This document shows, one piece after another, positions 8,763 to 19,204 of a DNA stretch of 64,000 bases. The position numbers and the translations under genes are program-made. Source of the stretch: an uncultured Candidatus Bathyarchaeia archaeon (GTDB lineage: Archaea; Thermoproteota; Bathyarchaeia; Bathyarchaeales; Bathyarchaeaceae); the NCBI GenBank assembly GCA_964556565.1, contig CAZKWF010000001.1, positions 97,035 to 161,034 of the forward strand. Reading direction: 5' to 3'. The notes below the pieces were generated by a model. It was not told where the DNA came from and did not search any database. It saw nothing but the letters and a program-made list of their open reading frames with translations. The stretch's first letter is position 1; every line of letters begins with the position of its first letter.

Positions 8763-10100
8763 GTGAACAGCAAAGTATCGGTCCCTTCGAGAAGTAGAAC
8801 AACGCTGGATTTTGTTGAAGGAAACTTGGTGATAGGCAGCCGTGCAGTTATCGATGGAACAGGAACACCACCCACAGTGAAAGTTTCTGGCACAATTTAC
8901 TGTGAAGGAGACAACACTTTCGAGTGCAACGTCTCAGCAGAAAACCTAGAAGCCGAAGACAACGTAACAATTCATGGAAACTTGGAAATAGAAAATGATG
9001 TTAAGGTGGAAGATGGCCACTTAGAAGTTCACGGCAAAATGACTGCAAAACGTGTAGATGTAGACGCAGCCCTATACGTGAGCAAGGATTTGACAGTTGA
9101 AAGAGTTGATGTTGGCGGAAGCCTAAAGGTTGATGGAAATGTCAAAGCCGAAAACATAGACGCAGGTGGAAGCTTCAAAGCCGAAGGAGAAGTAGAGGCA
9201 GAGAAAATAGACGTGGGAGGAAGCGTCTCAATCGAATCCAAAGTGAACATCACAAAACTAGATGTAGGCGGCACAGCAAAAGTTGGAGGCGGCGAAGTCC
9301 GCGAAGTAGATATCGGCGGAAGCTTTGAGTCGAAAGCCCCACTAGAGTTTGAAAAAATCAATGTGGGTGGAGTAGTTCGACTAGCCAGCAAAAACAAGGG
9401 TGGCGACGTAGATGTTGGAGGCTCATTCAAAGTCGAAGGGGACTTGGAGTTCAAAGACATCGATGTGGGAGGCAAAGTAGAGATAACTGGTTCCGGCGAA
9501 GGCTGCGAAATGGACGTTGGCGGCAAAGTGGAAGTAGGCAAGTCACTGAATCTCTCAGGAAACCTTGACGTAGGAGGCAAAGTGGGAGTCAACGAGGAAA
9601 TTTCAGCAAAAAACATCGAGGTAGGCGGAGTATTACGCTCAAGAAAGGCTACGGCAGAAGACTGCATAGATGTTGGCGGTTCAATAGTTAGCGTGGAAGG
9701 CGTAACGGCACGTTGTGTTGAAATAGGAAGAAGAGGCAAAGTCCGCGGACCCATAAAGGCAGACCAAGTCATCATAGGTAGAGACGCACATGCAGAAGAC
9801 ATCTATGGAAAGCAGGTTCTACTCAGAAGGGGGGCACAAGCAGAAAACGTCTACGGCGAAAACATCACCATAGAATCCAACTGTCACATATGTGGCGAAG
9901 TGCAGTATACTAATGAATTGAGAATGAACGAACATGTTACATTGACTAAAGAACCGCAAAAAGTAGATGCATACAAGCCAGCACCTTCACAAGCACCTGC
10001 TACTCCTACAGGGAAGAAGTATTGCCCACACTGCGGAACAGAGAATAAAGGTGACGCCATCTTCTGCAAAAAATGTGGAAAGAAGATACCAGAAGAGTAG
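8763..10100 (+). CDS. bactofilin-like beta-helix repeat protein with C-terminal zinc ribbon
   Basis: GTG start with GGAGG 8 nt upstream. About 17 consecutive ~17-residue coils with a [IVL]DVGG[SK].K[VA]EG pattern. A Pro/Ala linker precedes the C-terminal YCPHCGTENKGDAIFCKKCGKKI. Confidence 0.75.
   Translation: MNSKVSVPSRSRTTLDFVEGNLVIGSRAVIDGTGTPPTVKVSGTIYCEGDNTFECNVSAENLEAEDNVTIHGNLEIENDVKVEDGHLEVHGKMTAKRVDVDAALYVSKDLTVERVDVGGSLKVDGNVKAENIDAGGSFKAEGEVEAEKIDVGGSVSIESKVNITKLDVGGTAKVGGGEVREVDIGGSFESKAPLEFEKINVGGVVRLASKNKGGDVDVGGSFKVEGDLEFKDIDVGGKVEITGSGEGCEMDVGGKVEVGKSLNLSGNLDVGGKVGVNEEISAKNIEVGGVLRSRKATAEDCIDVGGSIVSVEGVTARCVEIGRRGKVRGPIKADQVIIGRDAHAEDIYGKQVLLRRGAQAENVYGENITIESNCHICGEVQYTNELRMNEHVTLTKEPQKVDAYKPAPSQAPATPTGKKYCPHCGTENKGDAIFCKKCGKKIPEE
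9051..9914 (+). repeat. 51-nt (17-codon) periodic coding repeat of the beta-helix protein
   Basis: Example units: RVDVGGSLKVDGNVKAEN / IDAGGSFKAEGEVEAEK / IDVGGSVSIESKVNITK / LDVGGTAKVGGGEVRE / VDIGGSFESKAPLEFEK, and so on. The periodicity is at protein level and the DNA copies are diverged. Confidence 0.75.
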
Positions 10101-10183
10101 AAAATCAATACCTCCCATGCATGCATAGTTCCCTTCTGAATTCCTAGGCACCAAAACGCGTGCACACAAGTTATAACCAGTCT

Positions 10184-11077
10184 CTATGCAGCTGACTTCT
10201 TTCTTTTCCATCCGAATCCCGAGAGAAACATCCCCACAACTATCAAAGCTGCCCCAAGAGCTCCTTCCTGACTCAGAGTTTCACCTAGGGTGGCAAAGGA
10301 GAAAATCCAGGCAAAAATTGGCTCAGCCGTGAATATTATGGCAGCCTTAGTGGCTGTCGTGTGTTTTTGGGCGTAGTTTTGACCCAAGAAAGCCAGTGCT
10401 GTCGCAAAAACCGCCGTGAAGAATATGGCACCCCAAGCTATTGTTGAAGTGGGGAGAGAGAAGGGATCAATGATAGCCCATGAGAGCGTGCAGAAAATCC
10501 ATGTTGTAAGGACTTGTGTCGTGGCTAGGACTGATGAGCTATATTTTTTTGTGTATTTGCTTATTAGGACCACGCTGAAGGCATACGCGACGGCGCACAC
10601 CAGTGTCAGAAAATCTCCATAATTCATACTCAAATCTCTTGGATTAACTCCAGATAGGAGGAAGAGCCCCGTTGAGGCCAAGAGCACCGCTAGAACCAGT
10701 TTTCGTGAAAGAGTGGCCTTTAAGATTGGATACGCGAGGATGGGTGTGAAGACCACATAGAGCCCTGTGATGAATCCTGATTTTGATGGTGTCGTGTATT
10801 TCAGGCCAACGGTTTGCGTAATATAACCGATGAAAACGAATAATCCGATTAGGAAACCAACCTTTAAGGCGTCTCTGCTGGTTGATGCCACCTCCTTCCT
10901 GAAGACAATGGCTAAGATGAGGGTTGCTATGAGGAAGCGAAGAGAGAGAAAGGCGTAAGGAGAACTATCTTGGAGGGCAACTTTTATGAGGGGAAATGTT
11001 CCTCCCCAAATCATCGAAACTCCCAGCAGGGTGATATCTGCTAAACCCTCCTTGGATACCATGCTTCCCACCCGCAC
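10184..11077 (-). CDS. EamA/DMT-family transporter
   Basis: Ten predicted TM helices in a two-EamA-repeat layout (GVSMIWGGTFPLIKVAL..., ...FTAEPIFAWIFSFATLGE). The start could instead be the internal Met at 11062. Confidence 0.8.
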   Translation of the reverse strand: MRVGSMVSKEGLADITLLGVSMIWGGTFPLIKVALQDSSPYAFLSLRFLIATLILAIVFRKEVASTSRDALKVGFLIGLFVFIGYITQTVGLKYTTPSKSGFITGLYVVFTPILAYPILKATLSRKLVLAVLLASTGLFLLSGVNPRDLSMNYGDFLTLVCAVAYAFSVVLISKYTKKYSSSVLATTQVLTTWIFCTLSWAIIDPFSLPTSTIAWGAIFFTAVFATALAFLGQNYAQKHTTATKAAIIFTAEPIFAWIFSFATLGETLSQEGALGAALIVVGMFLSGFGWKRKKSAA

Positions 11078-11188
11078 ACCTTATTCGACTGGATTACGAA
11101 TTAAGGCTTCTTATCAAAAGTCCCTTCTCTATAGGCTTTTATCTAAATACTACTACTCCCATACAAAGTGAAGGCGGTTGATGAAGCC

Positions 11189-12079
11189 ATGAAGTTGGCT
11201 CGTTATCTACATTCAAACATGGAATCTTATGGGGTTCTAGTTGACCAGAGGATTATATGTCTCTTAGCACTGCCAAAGGCGCTGAAATGTCCTCCTCCAC
11301 TCACCTTCGACGAACTCATAGTCCTCGGCAACAAGGGCATAAAAATTGTGGAACGGTTAATGAAAATTTCGTCACAGAGCGAGAAGAGGAATGCGACCAT
11401 CAGCGTTGATGATGTAACACTCCGAGCACCCGTGCTCTTGCCTCCAAAAATCGTTTGCTTGGGCTTAAACTATAAAGATCATGCGGAGGAGCAAGGAAAG
11501 GATATACCAGATGAACCAATTTTGTTTATGAAACCCCGCACGGCTATAATCGGCCCTGACCAACCAATAATCCGCCCAAAACTTGCAAAACAGCTGGATT
11601 ATGAGGTAGAATTGGCAATAGTGATAGGTCAGAAGGGAAAAAACATCCCTGTCTCAGAGAGCAAAAAATACATCTTTGGATATACAGCCTTCAATGACAT
11701 AAGCGCCCGTGACATCCAGTTCAAAGACAAACAATGGACTAGAGGCAAGGGTTTTGACACGTTTGCACCCATGGGGCCTTGCATCACAACTGCCAATCAA
11801 ATCGAAGACCCCAACAACCTACGTGTCCGCACAAGGGTGAACGGCGAGCTTAGACAAAACTCTTCCACCAAAAACATGGTTTTCAACGTTTATGAAATAG
11901 TTCACCGTCTTAGCCAAGTTATGACTTTAGAACCCGGAGACATAATCGCAACTGGAACTCCCGCTGGAGTAGGAGTCTTCATGAAACCGAAACCAAAGTT
12001 CTTGTCCCCTGGCGACTGGGTGGAAATAGAAATCGAAAAAATTGGGACATTAAGAAACATTGTTTCGAAAGAGGCCTGA
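11189..12079 (+). CDS. fumarylacetoacetate hydrolase (FAH) family hydratase/isomerase
   Basis: KIVCLGLNYKDHAEE, DYEVELAIVIG, FNDISARD and GDIIATGTPAGVG match FAH-family motifs. The track ORF starts at the GTG at 11168, and the first ATG is at 11189. Confidence 0.85.
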   Translation: MKLARYLHSNMESYGVLVDQRIICLLALPKALKCPPPLTFDELIVLGNKGIKIVERLMKISSQSEKRNATISVDDVTLRAPVLLPPKIVCLGLNYKDHAEEQGKDIPDEPILFMKPRTAIIGPDQPIIRPKLAKQLDYEVELAIVIGQKGKNIPVSESKKYIFGYTAFNDISARDIQFKDKQWTRGKGFDTFAPMGPCITTANQIEDPNNLRVRTRVNGELRQNSSTKNMVFNVYEIVHRLSQVMTLEPGDIIATGTPAGVGVFMKPKPKFLSPGDWVEIEIEKIGTLRNIVSKEA

Positions 12080-12180
12080 GGGCCTTCAAAAGAATAATTT
12101 GTTGAATATGTTCTGTCCTTTCAGCGCACACAGAGACAAAGATATGAGCAGATGTCTCATCCTCAGCTACAATTCACTTC

Positions 12181-13359
12181 TCACATAATAATAGAAAGTA
12201 AAACGAAGCTAACCAGAAAGCCAATCAACGTAGGGGGTAAAATGGCTTTTAGAAAATCTTTGATTTGTACATGGAAGAATTGAGTGGAAAGAGAAACACA
12301 TGGGTGCACAGGGGTGAGAACATAGCCAAGGAAAATGCTAAAGTATGTAACTGCAAAGACGGCTGGGGATATAGGTGATGCCAGAACTGGAAAAATTATC
12401 ACAGCGGGAGTTATGATTCTCCCTGTGATGAATCCCAAGAGAGCTCCTACCAAAACGCAGAGAATTACAATAGGAATTTCAAGTTCTATTATTGACTCTT
12501 TGAAACCTGAATTTTCAAATACGTAACGAAAAGCTTGGATTCCAATAATCATAAGGGCGAAGTTCCAAGGGGCAGAATCTCTTGTAATTTTGCCTAGTTT
12601 CCTTACATTTACTCTTCCACTCGTAAGAATGAGCAGTAGGCTCGCTGACACTCCAACCACAGTGGCAACTTCTCGCGGGGAAACAACATCTTTAAAGGCA
12701 AAATCTAAAATTGGAGCCACAAATATTGCAGCTAAGGGTAAAAGGAGTTTCTTTGAAGAAAACTTCTCGCTGTACTCCATTTTTCCAGGTGTGTCTCTGA
12801 GGAAGAAAAAGTACCCTAAGCCGAGTGAGAGAAGTAGGAATGGAGCAAGAAAAGGGATAACCTGATAGACTTCCAGGTCAACTTGTTGCACAGACACAAT
12901 CAGAGATGGGGAGAGTGGATATACCAGGTATAAGATATGACGAAACCATATGTTCAAGCCAACCTTTTTCTCATTAGATACTCCTTTCCCAGCTTTCTCC
13001 ACCAACGGAGCGGAAAGGAGGGCGCCTCCAGGCATAGGAAGCATCCCCACCAATGCTGGGGAAACTGCAAGAAAAGCCTTTTTCCCTATTCTCATGTTTT
13101 TGACTAGATCGTCCAGCTGCCCAGTTTCTTTAAGTGAGCCTCCAATAACAGGAATTAGCCCAACCGCTAAGGCTAACAAAACTGTAGGTAGATCAGTGAA
13201 AGCTGAAATGAATAGCCCAGCAATTTCGTTGAACGGTATGGTGAAAATTGCTAGAATGAACGCTCCTGAAAACATGGCTGCGGCGAAATTTTTTCTGGAG
13301 ACGATTAGTAAAACGGCGAATGCAAGGAAGAATCCCGCCCAAACTAAAAGTGGAGACAT
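12181..13359 (-). CDS. polytopic membrane protein, putative transporter (DUF401/AF0261-like)
   Basis: The 392-aa product is almost entirely hydrophobic helices. The family assignment is from memory only. Confidence 0.55.
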   Translation of the reverse strand: MSPLLVWAGFFLAFAVLLIVSRKNFAAAMFSGAFILAIFTIPFNEIAGLFISAFTDLPTVLLALAVGLIPVIGGSLKETGQLDDLVKNMRIGKKAFLAVSPALVGMLPMPGGALLSAPLVEKAGKGVSNEKKVGLNIWFRHILYLVYPLSPSLIVSVQQVDLEVYQVIPFLAPFLLLSLGLGYFFFLRDTPGKMEYSEKFSSKKLLLPLAAIFVAPILDFAFKDVVSPREVATVVGVSASLLLILTSGRVNVRKLGKITRDSAPWNFALMIIGIQAFRYVFENSGFKESIIELEIPIVILCVLVGALLGFITGRIITPAVIIFPVLASPISPAVFAVTYFSIFLGYVLTPVHPCVSLSTQFFHVQIKDFLKAILPPTLIGFLVSFVLLSIIM

Positions 13360-13390
13360 TAGATCTCACTCAACAAAACATGCATGCTTC

Positions 13391-14017
13391 TTAAGATATG
13401 TGCATATCCTTGACAACGACTTGGCCGTCAGGAGAGACTTCTTGTGCAATAACGCAGCTGAACTTGTAAATTTTTGTTCCTTTAAGCAACCAGCAATCCG
13501 GTGACAAGCCTGCCTTTATGCAGCATTGACAGAGAAACTCTTCTTCGTTCCAGTTCCACTCGACAGGGACTTGAGGGAGAAGGAGCCCTTTAGAGTAGCC
13601 TCCCTCAACGATCAATCCGTCTTGCCCAACCTTAATTTTTGAGGGATAATCTATAGGCGTCTCCACTCTAACTAGTTGGGGCGGAGTAAGCACGCTTACC
13701 TCAAACACTATGTAGCTGAGTTCGTCGAGAGAGACAGGGTGAAAGCGGGGATCCTGTGTTGCGGAGTTGATGGCTGACTCAATTACTGCGCGTGCTAATG
13801 GTAAGGTTGGGTGGGGGAGCCCGATGCAGCCTCTGAGTTCCTTTTTTTCGTGTCTGATGCTGTTTAACGTGACAAAAACTCCGCATTGCTCTTCAAGCTT
13901 CGGGGAGATATCCGTAGGCGTTGGCATGATCTTTCCGGTTTTGAGGTATTCCTCCACGGCTTTCCGTGCGAGCCTTACGAGGAGTTTCCCTTCTTCCATG
14001 GTTAATCGAAACGACAC
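13391..14017 (-). CDS. AMMECR1 domain protein (AmmeMemoRadiSam system protein A-like)
   Basis: [32 protein letters not shown] carries the AMMECR1 hallmark R-G-C-I-G motif. Confidence 0.85.
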   Translation of the reverse strand: MSFRLTMEEGKLLVRLARKAVEEYLKTGKIMPTPTDISPKLEEQCGVFVTLNSIRHEKKELRGCIGLPHPTLPLARAVIESAINSATQDPRFHPVSLDELSYIVFEVSVLTPPQLVRVETPIDYPSKIKVGQDGLIVEGGYSKGLLLPQVPVEWNWNEEEFLCQCCIKAGLSPDCWLLKGTKIYKFSCVIAQEVSPDGQVVVKDMHIS

Positions 14018-14136
14018 GTGATTCCCCTCGAACTGCGAAAGACATAGGTCAATGTTACTTAAGCTTCTAGACCGTGCTTATTATTCTTGTTAAAATTAAA
14101 TTTATGTATCGTAGAAAAAAAGAAAGGAACTGATGA

Positions 14137-16308
14137 TTATTGTGGCGAAGGTTTTTTCCTTCTAACAGCATAGACAAGGACAGCTACGATGATGATCACA
14201 ACAACGCCGATAACTGCCAAGAACCACGGCTCAGTCCATATCGCCACTGCTGGCTGTCCCATGAGAACCCATAGACTAAAGCGATCAATCGTTGCTGACA
14301 CGTAATGCTCAGTGGTGTTTACTTGGCTGTCCACGGCAACCCATGTATTCAGCGTAGCATCCCAATAGTGGATTTTCAGCGTGTTTTCGCTCAGTCCTGC
14401 TGCGCTCAGTTGTTCAGGTGTGTAATATATACGAATTGTAGCGCTGAATGTGAAGTCTGTCTCGCTGACGGTGACTTCTACATAGTTCCCTAAGACTTTA
14501 AACGTTCCCGGAGGTGTCTCCACGCCTTCATGGGCTGTTACGCTTTCAAGGACTATAGTGACTGGCTTGGAGATTTCAGTTATATCTAAAATGGTTGCCG
14601 CGTTTTCAGTGGCGTCGATAGTGAAGGGCCTCTGAGAACTGACGAGTTTAGGGTTTATTATGGTGGATACGGTTGTACCTGCTTCTGATTGAATGTTGAA
14701 TACCATGTCTTTGAGGTTGCTGAGGGGTTGGTCATACCAGATCATAACTTTATTGTCGGAAACTGTTTCGTCAGGTTCTGGTACAGTGCCGGGTCTAGTC
14801 AATGTAACCGTATGAGTAGCATTACCACCTCCTGCAAGTGTCACTTTAAGAGATTGAGGGCTGTCTTCAAAGAGGCTGAAGAAACCTTTAAGCGTGAAGC
14901 TTGTAGCAGTCGTATCATTTAATGGGGGTAGAACAGCTAGACCCTCTACAGTGAGTGCCAAGGAATCCTCCATCATATCAAAGCCACATCTGAGATCGCT
15001 TACTTCAAATTCCGTTTCGTTTACGAAAGACAATTGCCATGATGACGATGGCGGCGATATCGATTGCGATGCAGTATAAATCAACAATACATCTTTCAAG
15101 TATTCAATTTCGGCATCTAAATCGCCTTCGATGGTGTAGGTTCCTTCAAAATCTGCCTGTCCGCCAGCGTATGTTATAGATTCTTCATAGGATTCCATGG
15201 AACAATACGTCTTGTTCATAAGCGACTCTATCAGCTGCGTTATTTCTGGAGGGATTGTTTCATCCGGTAGCATTGAAGCCATTGAAGTCATTTGTGCTCT
15301 ACTCTCTTCCACATCTTGAACTGTGGTTAGTTTCATTTCAAACTCTCTTTGACTATACATGTACGCCAGCTGGAAGGATGCACTTTCAATTGAAGAGAAC
15401 GTTGCGTTTAACATCGAATACAACATTTCCTCATCCAGCATCTCACCTGGTGTTATGTCAGGTATTTCTCCATACATTAGAGACACTAACGATTGGATGA
15501 AATCTTCGCTTTGAATTGTCACCTCAAAATCCACTGTAGCGCCACCTGTTATGGTTTCTTTCGTCGTTTCCAATTCAGTGCACTCAAATGCGCCATCAGT
15601 CATTTCATATAGCGAACCTTCCCCTGTTCCGACAATGCTTTCAGCTTGCCCAAGCATCATATCAAGTTCCTCTTCATCTAACTCTATACCATAGAAACTG
15701 CCATAGGCGACTGTTACGTCTCCATTAAGGGAAAGATATGTTCTGTTTCCTTGAAAGTCCATATTCAAGTCACTTAACACAAAACCTGGCAACGCGTGGA
15801 CTGTTATTGCGCCACTCACCGTGTTGTCCGAGAATTCCCCCGTCACTTGAAAGTCTGTGGAGTTAAACGGAAATTCTGATGCGGTACTTGGGGGCAAGAT
15901 TACTGAACAGTTAACCCCCATGCTAACAAGGCTCTCCGAACCTTCTCCAATGTAGGAAAAGGTTGTTGCATTGAACGGAAACTGCGCCGCTTCCTCTGGT
16001 GGGACGACAAACATGAAATCAGCTGATGCAACCGTTAAGTCGTTGCTCTTCGTGAAACCTAAAAATCCATGTGTTTCAGGCATGGTATAAGGGAACGTGA
16101 CTCCTGTAGAATCCAACGCTACTGCTATAACAACGCGTCCATCTGGGTATACGATGAAACTCGCTTCCACATCTTCAGAAGAAGTCGGATATAATTCAGC
16201 ATTCACATGAGATGTTTGTGCCATGAAAATCGACAGAATTGAAAGTGTTAGAACTGACATCAGCGTTATCATCATGATTTTGCTATTTCTTTTCATTCTC
16301 ATTTTCAC
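14137..16308 (-). CDS. secreted, C-terminally anchored acidic surface protein (S-layer/adhesin-like)
   Basis: N-terminal signal peptide (KIMMITLMSVLTLSILSIFMAQTSHVNA). Many N-x-S/T sequons. Internal duplication (QFPFNATTF / EFPFNSTDF). A PGF-pre-PGF-like module (IRIYYTPEQL..LKIHYWD..RFSLWVLMG) is followed by one TM helix and RRKKPSPQ. Confidence 0.7.
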   Translation of the reverse strand: MKMRMKRNSKIMMITLMSVLTLSILSIFMAQTSHVNAELYPTSSEDVEASFIVYPDGRVVIAVALDSTGVTFPYTMPETHGFLGFTKSNDLTVASADFMFVVPPEEAAQFPFNATTFSYIGEGSESLVSMGVNCSVILPPSTASEFPFNSTDFQVTGEFSDNTVSGAITVHALPGFVLSDLNMDFQGNRTYLSLNGDVTVAYGSFYGIELDEEELDMMLGQAESIVGTGEGSLYEMTDGAFECTELETTKETITGGATVDFEVTIQSEDFIQSLVSLMYGEIPDITPGEMLDEEMLYSMLNATFSSIESASFQLAYMYSQREFEMKLTTVQDVEESRAQMTSMASMLPDETIPPEITQLIESLMNKTYCSMESYEESITYAGGQADFEGTYTIEGDLDAEIEYLKDVLLIYTASQSISPPSSSWQLSFVNETEFEVSDLRCGFDMMEDSLALTVEGLAVLPPLNDTTATSFTLKGFFSLFEDSPQSLKVTLAGGGNATHTVTLTRPGTVPEPDETVSDNKVMIWYDQPLSNLKDMVFNIQSEAGTTVSTIINPKLVSSQRPFTIDATENAATILDITEISKPVTIVLESVTAHEGVETPPGTFKVLGNYVEVTVSETDFTFSATIRIYYTPEQLSAAGLSENTLKIHYWDATLNTWVAVDSQVNTTEHYVSATIDRFSLWVLMGQPAVAIWTEPWFLAVIGVVVIIIVAVLVYAVRRKKPSPQ

Positions 16309-16445
16309 CGGTTATAACTGTAAATCACGTAAAGCATTTATAAGCTTGGTGAATTATGCAATCGAACTATAGAGACAGATTGTAGAATTAGATATAATTC
16401 AGATTCAGAACTAGAGGAGAGGATGAGACCACGCGAATCACAACA

Positions 16446-17615
16446 ATGTGCATACGAAACCTTCTTCGCAGACGACTCAGAACTTCACTTTGCATCCTCG
16501 GCATCACCTTAGCCGTCATGTTCATAGTAACCATTGGCGCGACAACTTCAAGATACACGACCATCATCAGAGAAATGAACATATTCTTCAGCGAGGACAT
16601 TGTGGTCGTCGCCCAAGGCTCTATAGTAGTCCAAGCGTTTCCGATAAGTGGAGGAAATCTCCCAGAAGACATAGTTGACGAAGTGAAGCAGATAGAAGGA
16701 GTGAAAACAGCGGTTCCGATGCTAGTCTTCTTCGGCTATGAACTTGAAGATGCTATTCAACTTGTACCAACAAACATCAGCATTGGAATACCTTCTGAAA
16801 GATGGGAAATTTTGGTTGGGTCTACGCCTCTGAAACCTGATGGAAGATGGCCATCCGCAAATTCAAGCGCGAAAGAAGTCACAATCGGTCCATCTCTTGT
16901 TGACCAATACAACCTCGCCCTCGGCTCAACAATAAGAATCAAGAATTATAACCTAACAATTGTAGGAATTCTCGACACTCCTTCAACGACTCTGGCTCGC
17001 GTGATTATCATGCCTCTCAGACTAGCTCAATGCGTATATTTTCCCACAAATTCCTCATGGATTAACATGATGGTTGTCGAGCCGGAAGAAGAAAGTATGG
17101 GAAAAGAAGTTGTGGAGAACATCGAAGCGAACATTACAGGTGTTAAGGCCTTAACGGCTGATGAGAGAAACGAGATTATTGCGCCTCTTCTCTCTGATAT
17201 CGAGACGTGGAATCTGGGAATGAGGGGCATGCTCTTCTTTTTGAGCATGATCCTTGTGACAACGGTTGCCATAATGAACGTTTCTGAGAGGAGAAGAGAT
17301 TTTGCCACATTGGGCGCTCTAGGTGCCTCCAGAAAATCCATCTTCCGCATGGTCATTACTGAAACCACTTTAATAGGCTTTTTTGGCGGGCTTCTCGGAA
17401 TATTAACAGGCACGGTTGCAACGCTTTTTCTGGCGAGCATTTACACACGCATTCCACTGGCACTGTTCTTCCAAGGCTTATTCGGCGTAGTTTCTCCCAT
17501 TTTCATGATTGAAATTCTAGCATCCACTCTTATTGTAAGCTGTGTTGCCGGCATCATTCCAGCCATAAGTGCTATGAACGCAAACATTTCGGAAGTTTTG
17601 AGGTCAGAATATTGA
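16446..17615 (+). CDS. ABC transporter permease, FtsX/MacB-like
   Basis: N-terminal NLLRRRLRTSLCILGITLAV, a large extracytoplasmic domain, and a C-terminal FtsX 3-TM bundle. Confidence 0.8.
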   Translation: MCIRNLLRRRLRTSLCILGITLAVMFIVTIGATTSRYTTIIREMNIFFSEDIVVVAQGSIVVQAFPISGGNLPEDIVDEVKQIEGVKTAVPMLVFFGYELEDAIQLVPTNISIGIPSERWEILVGSTPLKPDGRWPSANSSAKEVTIGPSLVDQYNLALGSTIRIKNYNLTIVGILDTPSTTLARVIIMPLRLAQCVYFPTNSSWINMMVVEPEEESMGKEVVENIEANITGVKALTADERNEIIAPLLSDIETWNLGMRGMLFFLSMILVTTVAIMNVSERRRDFATLGALGASRKSIFRMVITETTLIGFFGGLLGILTGTVATLFLASIYTRIPLALFFQGLFGVVSPIFMIEILASTLIVSCVAGIIPAISAMNANISEVLRSEY

Positions 17616-18283
17616 TTGTAAGGACAATAGAGTTAACGCGCATATATCGCCTTGGTTCCTCCCCCATAATCGCGGTGAACAAAGTCAATCTTGAGGTGGA
17701 TAAAGCGAACCTTGTGGCGATTATGGGGCCGTCTGGCTCCGGAAAGACCACGCTCCTAAATCTCATGGGACTAAATGACCAGCCAACATTTGGAAAGGTC
17801 TTTATCAATGAAAAAGATACCTCGCTTCTGGCTGAAAAGGAACGAAGAAAGACAAGACTTCAAAATGTTGGATTCGTTTTTCAGACATTCAATCTATTGC
17901 CTACACTTACGACCCTTGAAAACGTTGAGTTGCCAATGGCGCTGGCTAATATCTCTCAGGAGACGCAAAGGCGAAGAGCTGTTCAACTCCTCGAAACCGT
18001 TGGACTGGCAAGTAGGTTTCAACACAGGCCAAGGGAACTCAGCACTGGAGAAATGCAGCGGGTGGCAATTGCGAGAGCTCTTGCAAATAATCCGTCTTTG
18101 ATCCTTGCAGATGAACCCACGGGTGAACTTGACTCTGAAACAGGGTTTGAAATCATAGAACTGCTTTCCGACATGTGCAAAAAACAGAAGGCAGCTGCAG
18201 TGGTTGCCACACACGACGAAAAAATGGTCGAACTTGCAGATGTAACATATAAAATCCGTGATGGTTCAATTGTACAAGAGTAA
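17612..18283 (+). CDS. ABC transporter ATP-binding protein (MacB/LolD-like)
   Basis: Walker [10 protein letters not shown], signature [15 protein letters not shown], Walker [10 protein letters not shown]. The start overlaps the permease stop. Confidence 0.9.
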   Translation: MIVRTIELTRIYRLGSSPIIAVNKVNLEVDKANLVAIMGPSGSGKTTLLNLMGLNDQPTFGKVFINEKDTSLLAEKERRKTRLQNVGFVFQTFNLLPTLTTLENVELPMALANISQETQRRRAVQLLETVGLASRFQHRPRELSTGEMQRVAIARALANNPSLILADEPTGELDSETGFEIIELLSDMCKKQKAAAVVATHDEKMVELADVTYKIRDGSIVQE

Positions 18284-18318
18284 ACGTAGAAACATTGCTT
18301 CACACTGGTGGCTGAATA

Positions 18319-18936
18319 CTAAAACTTCATGTATTCTTCTCGAATTCCCTCTTTAGTGATGATGAAAAAATCCGCACCGTCGCCGCTCATGATATCTCGG
18401 CTTACTGCTGATTTTATGGCTCTAACCACAAGCGCTTTCGCTTCCTCGACAGGCATGTTCTCTTTGAATCCTTCCTCTAAGACTCCAACAGCGATAGCTG
18501 CTCCAGAGCCTACAACAGCGAATTTGTCAGGGATGAGCGATCCTAATATGTCTAGTGAGTAAAGGGTTGCTCCCTCTTCGTCGATTCCACCTATCAGAGT
18601 TTGGGTAATGAGTGGGGCTAGACGTCGATTGAAGAGCAAGTTAGACATCAGTTTAGCAGCAGACTTGACAGGCATCGGTCTTCCCGTGTCGAGACTGAAA
18701 AGGTTTGCGTAAGCCTCCATTTCACGAACCAAGATTTGCATATCGGAAACCAATCCTGCACATGCTGCACCAATTCTGTCAGTTATCTTGAAAACCTTCT
18801 TTCCAACCCGGCTAACCACCATGTAGCCATACGAAACCCTCTTTTCAGAGGCTAGTATCACCCCGTCGGAGCAGACGACACCTATAGTAGTTGCGCCTGG
18901 GATATAGAGATATCGTGACTGTGCTTGTTCATCCAA
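18319..18936 (-). CDS. psmB: proteasome subunit beta
   Basis: A propeptide ends at G, followed by TTIGVVCSDGVILASEKR. This is the archaeal 20S beta-subunit signature. Confidence 0.9.
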   Translation of the reverse strand: MDEQAQSRYLYIPGATTIGVVCSDGVILASEKRVSYGYMVVSRVGKKVFKITDRIGAACAGLVSDMQILVREMEAYANLFSLDTGRPMPVKSAAKLMSNLLFNRRLAPLITQTLIGGIDEEGATLYSLDILGSLIPDKFAVVGSGAAIAVGVLEEGFKENMPVEEAKALVVRAIKSAVSRDIMSGDGADFFIITKEGIREEYMKF

Positions 18937-19204
18937 GTTTGTTTCCCCCGTTCATGCACTAAAAGGTTAAGAGACTATTAAATTTAACCGCAAAATTTTA
19001 AACTTTCCTCTAGACTAAACACTATGAAGTTTATCTTCAAATCTTTGACATAGAGCTGAGGAATTAACGTGGTCTACGTTTGTTGCTGAGAATCAGTGGA
19101 ATCTGGTACGCAGTTATCGTGGAAAGCGAAAAGGTCTTTGGTTCCTTCGTTGGAAAGCTTTTTTAGGGCTTCTTTTTAATCATCATCATTCTTAGAGGGA
19201 TTGC

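Noticed and set aside
9029-9802. 257-aa minus-strand ORF rich in PPTS repeats, opposite the beta-helix gene
   Set aside because: It is the antisense shadow of the periodic GGS/DVGG coding repeat. It has low-complexity composition and no start context. The sense frame has an SD, coherent beta-helix periodicity and a zinc ribbon.
12950-13504. 184-aa plus-strand ORF across the DUF401-like gene and the AMMECR1 3' end
   Set aside because: It is antisense to a coherent polytopic membrane protein and bridges two genes. Shadow ORF.
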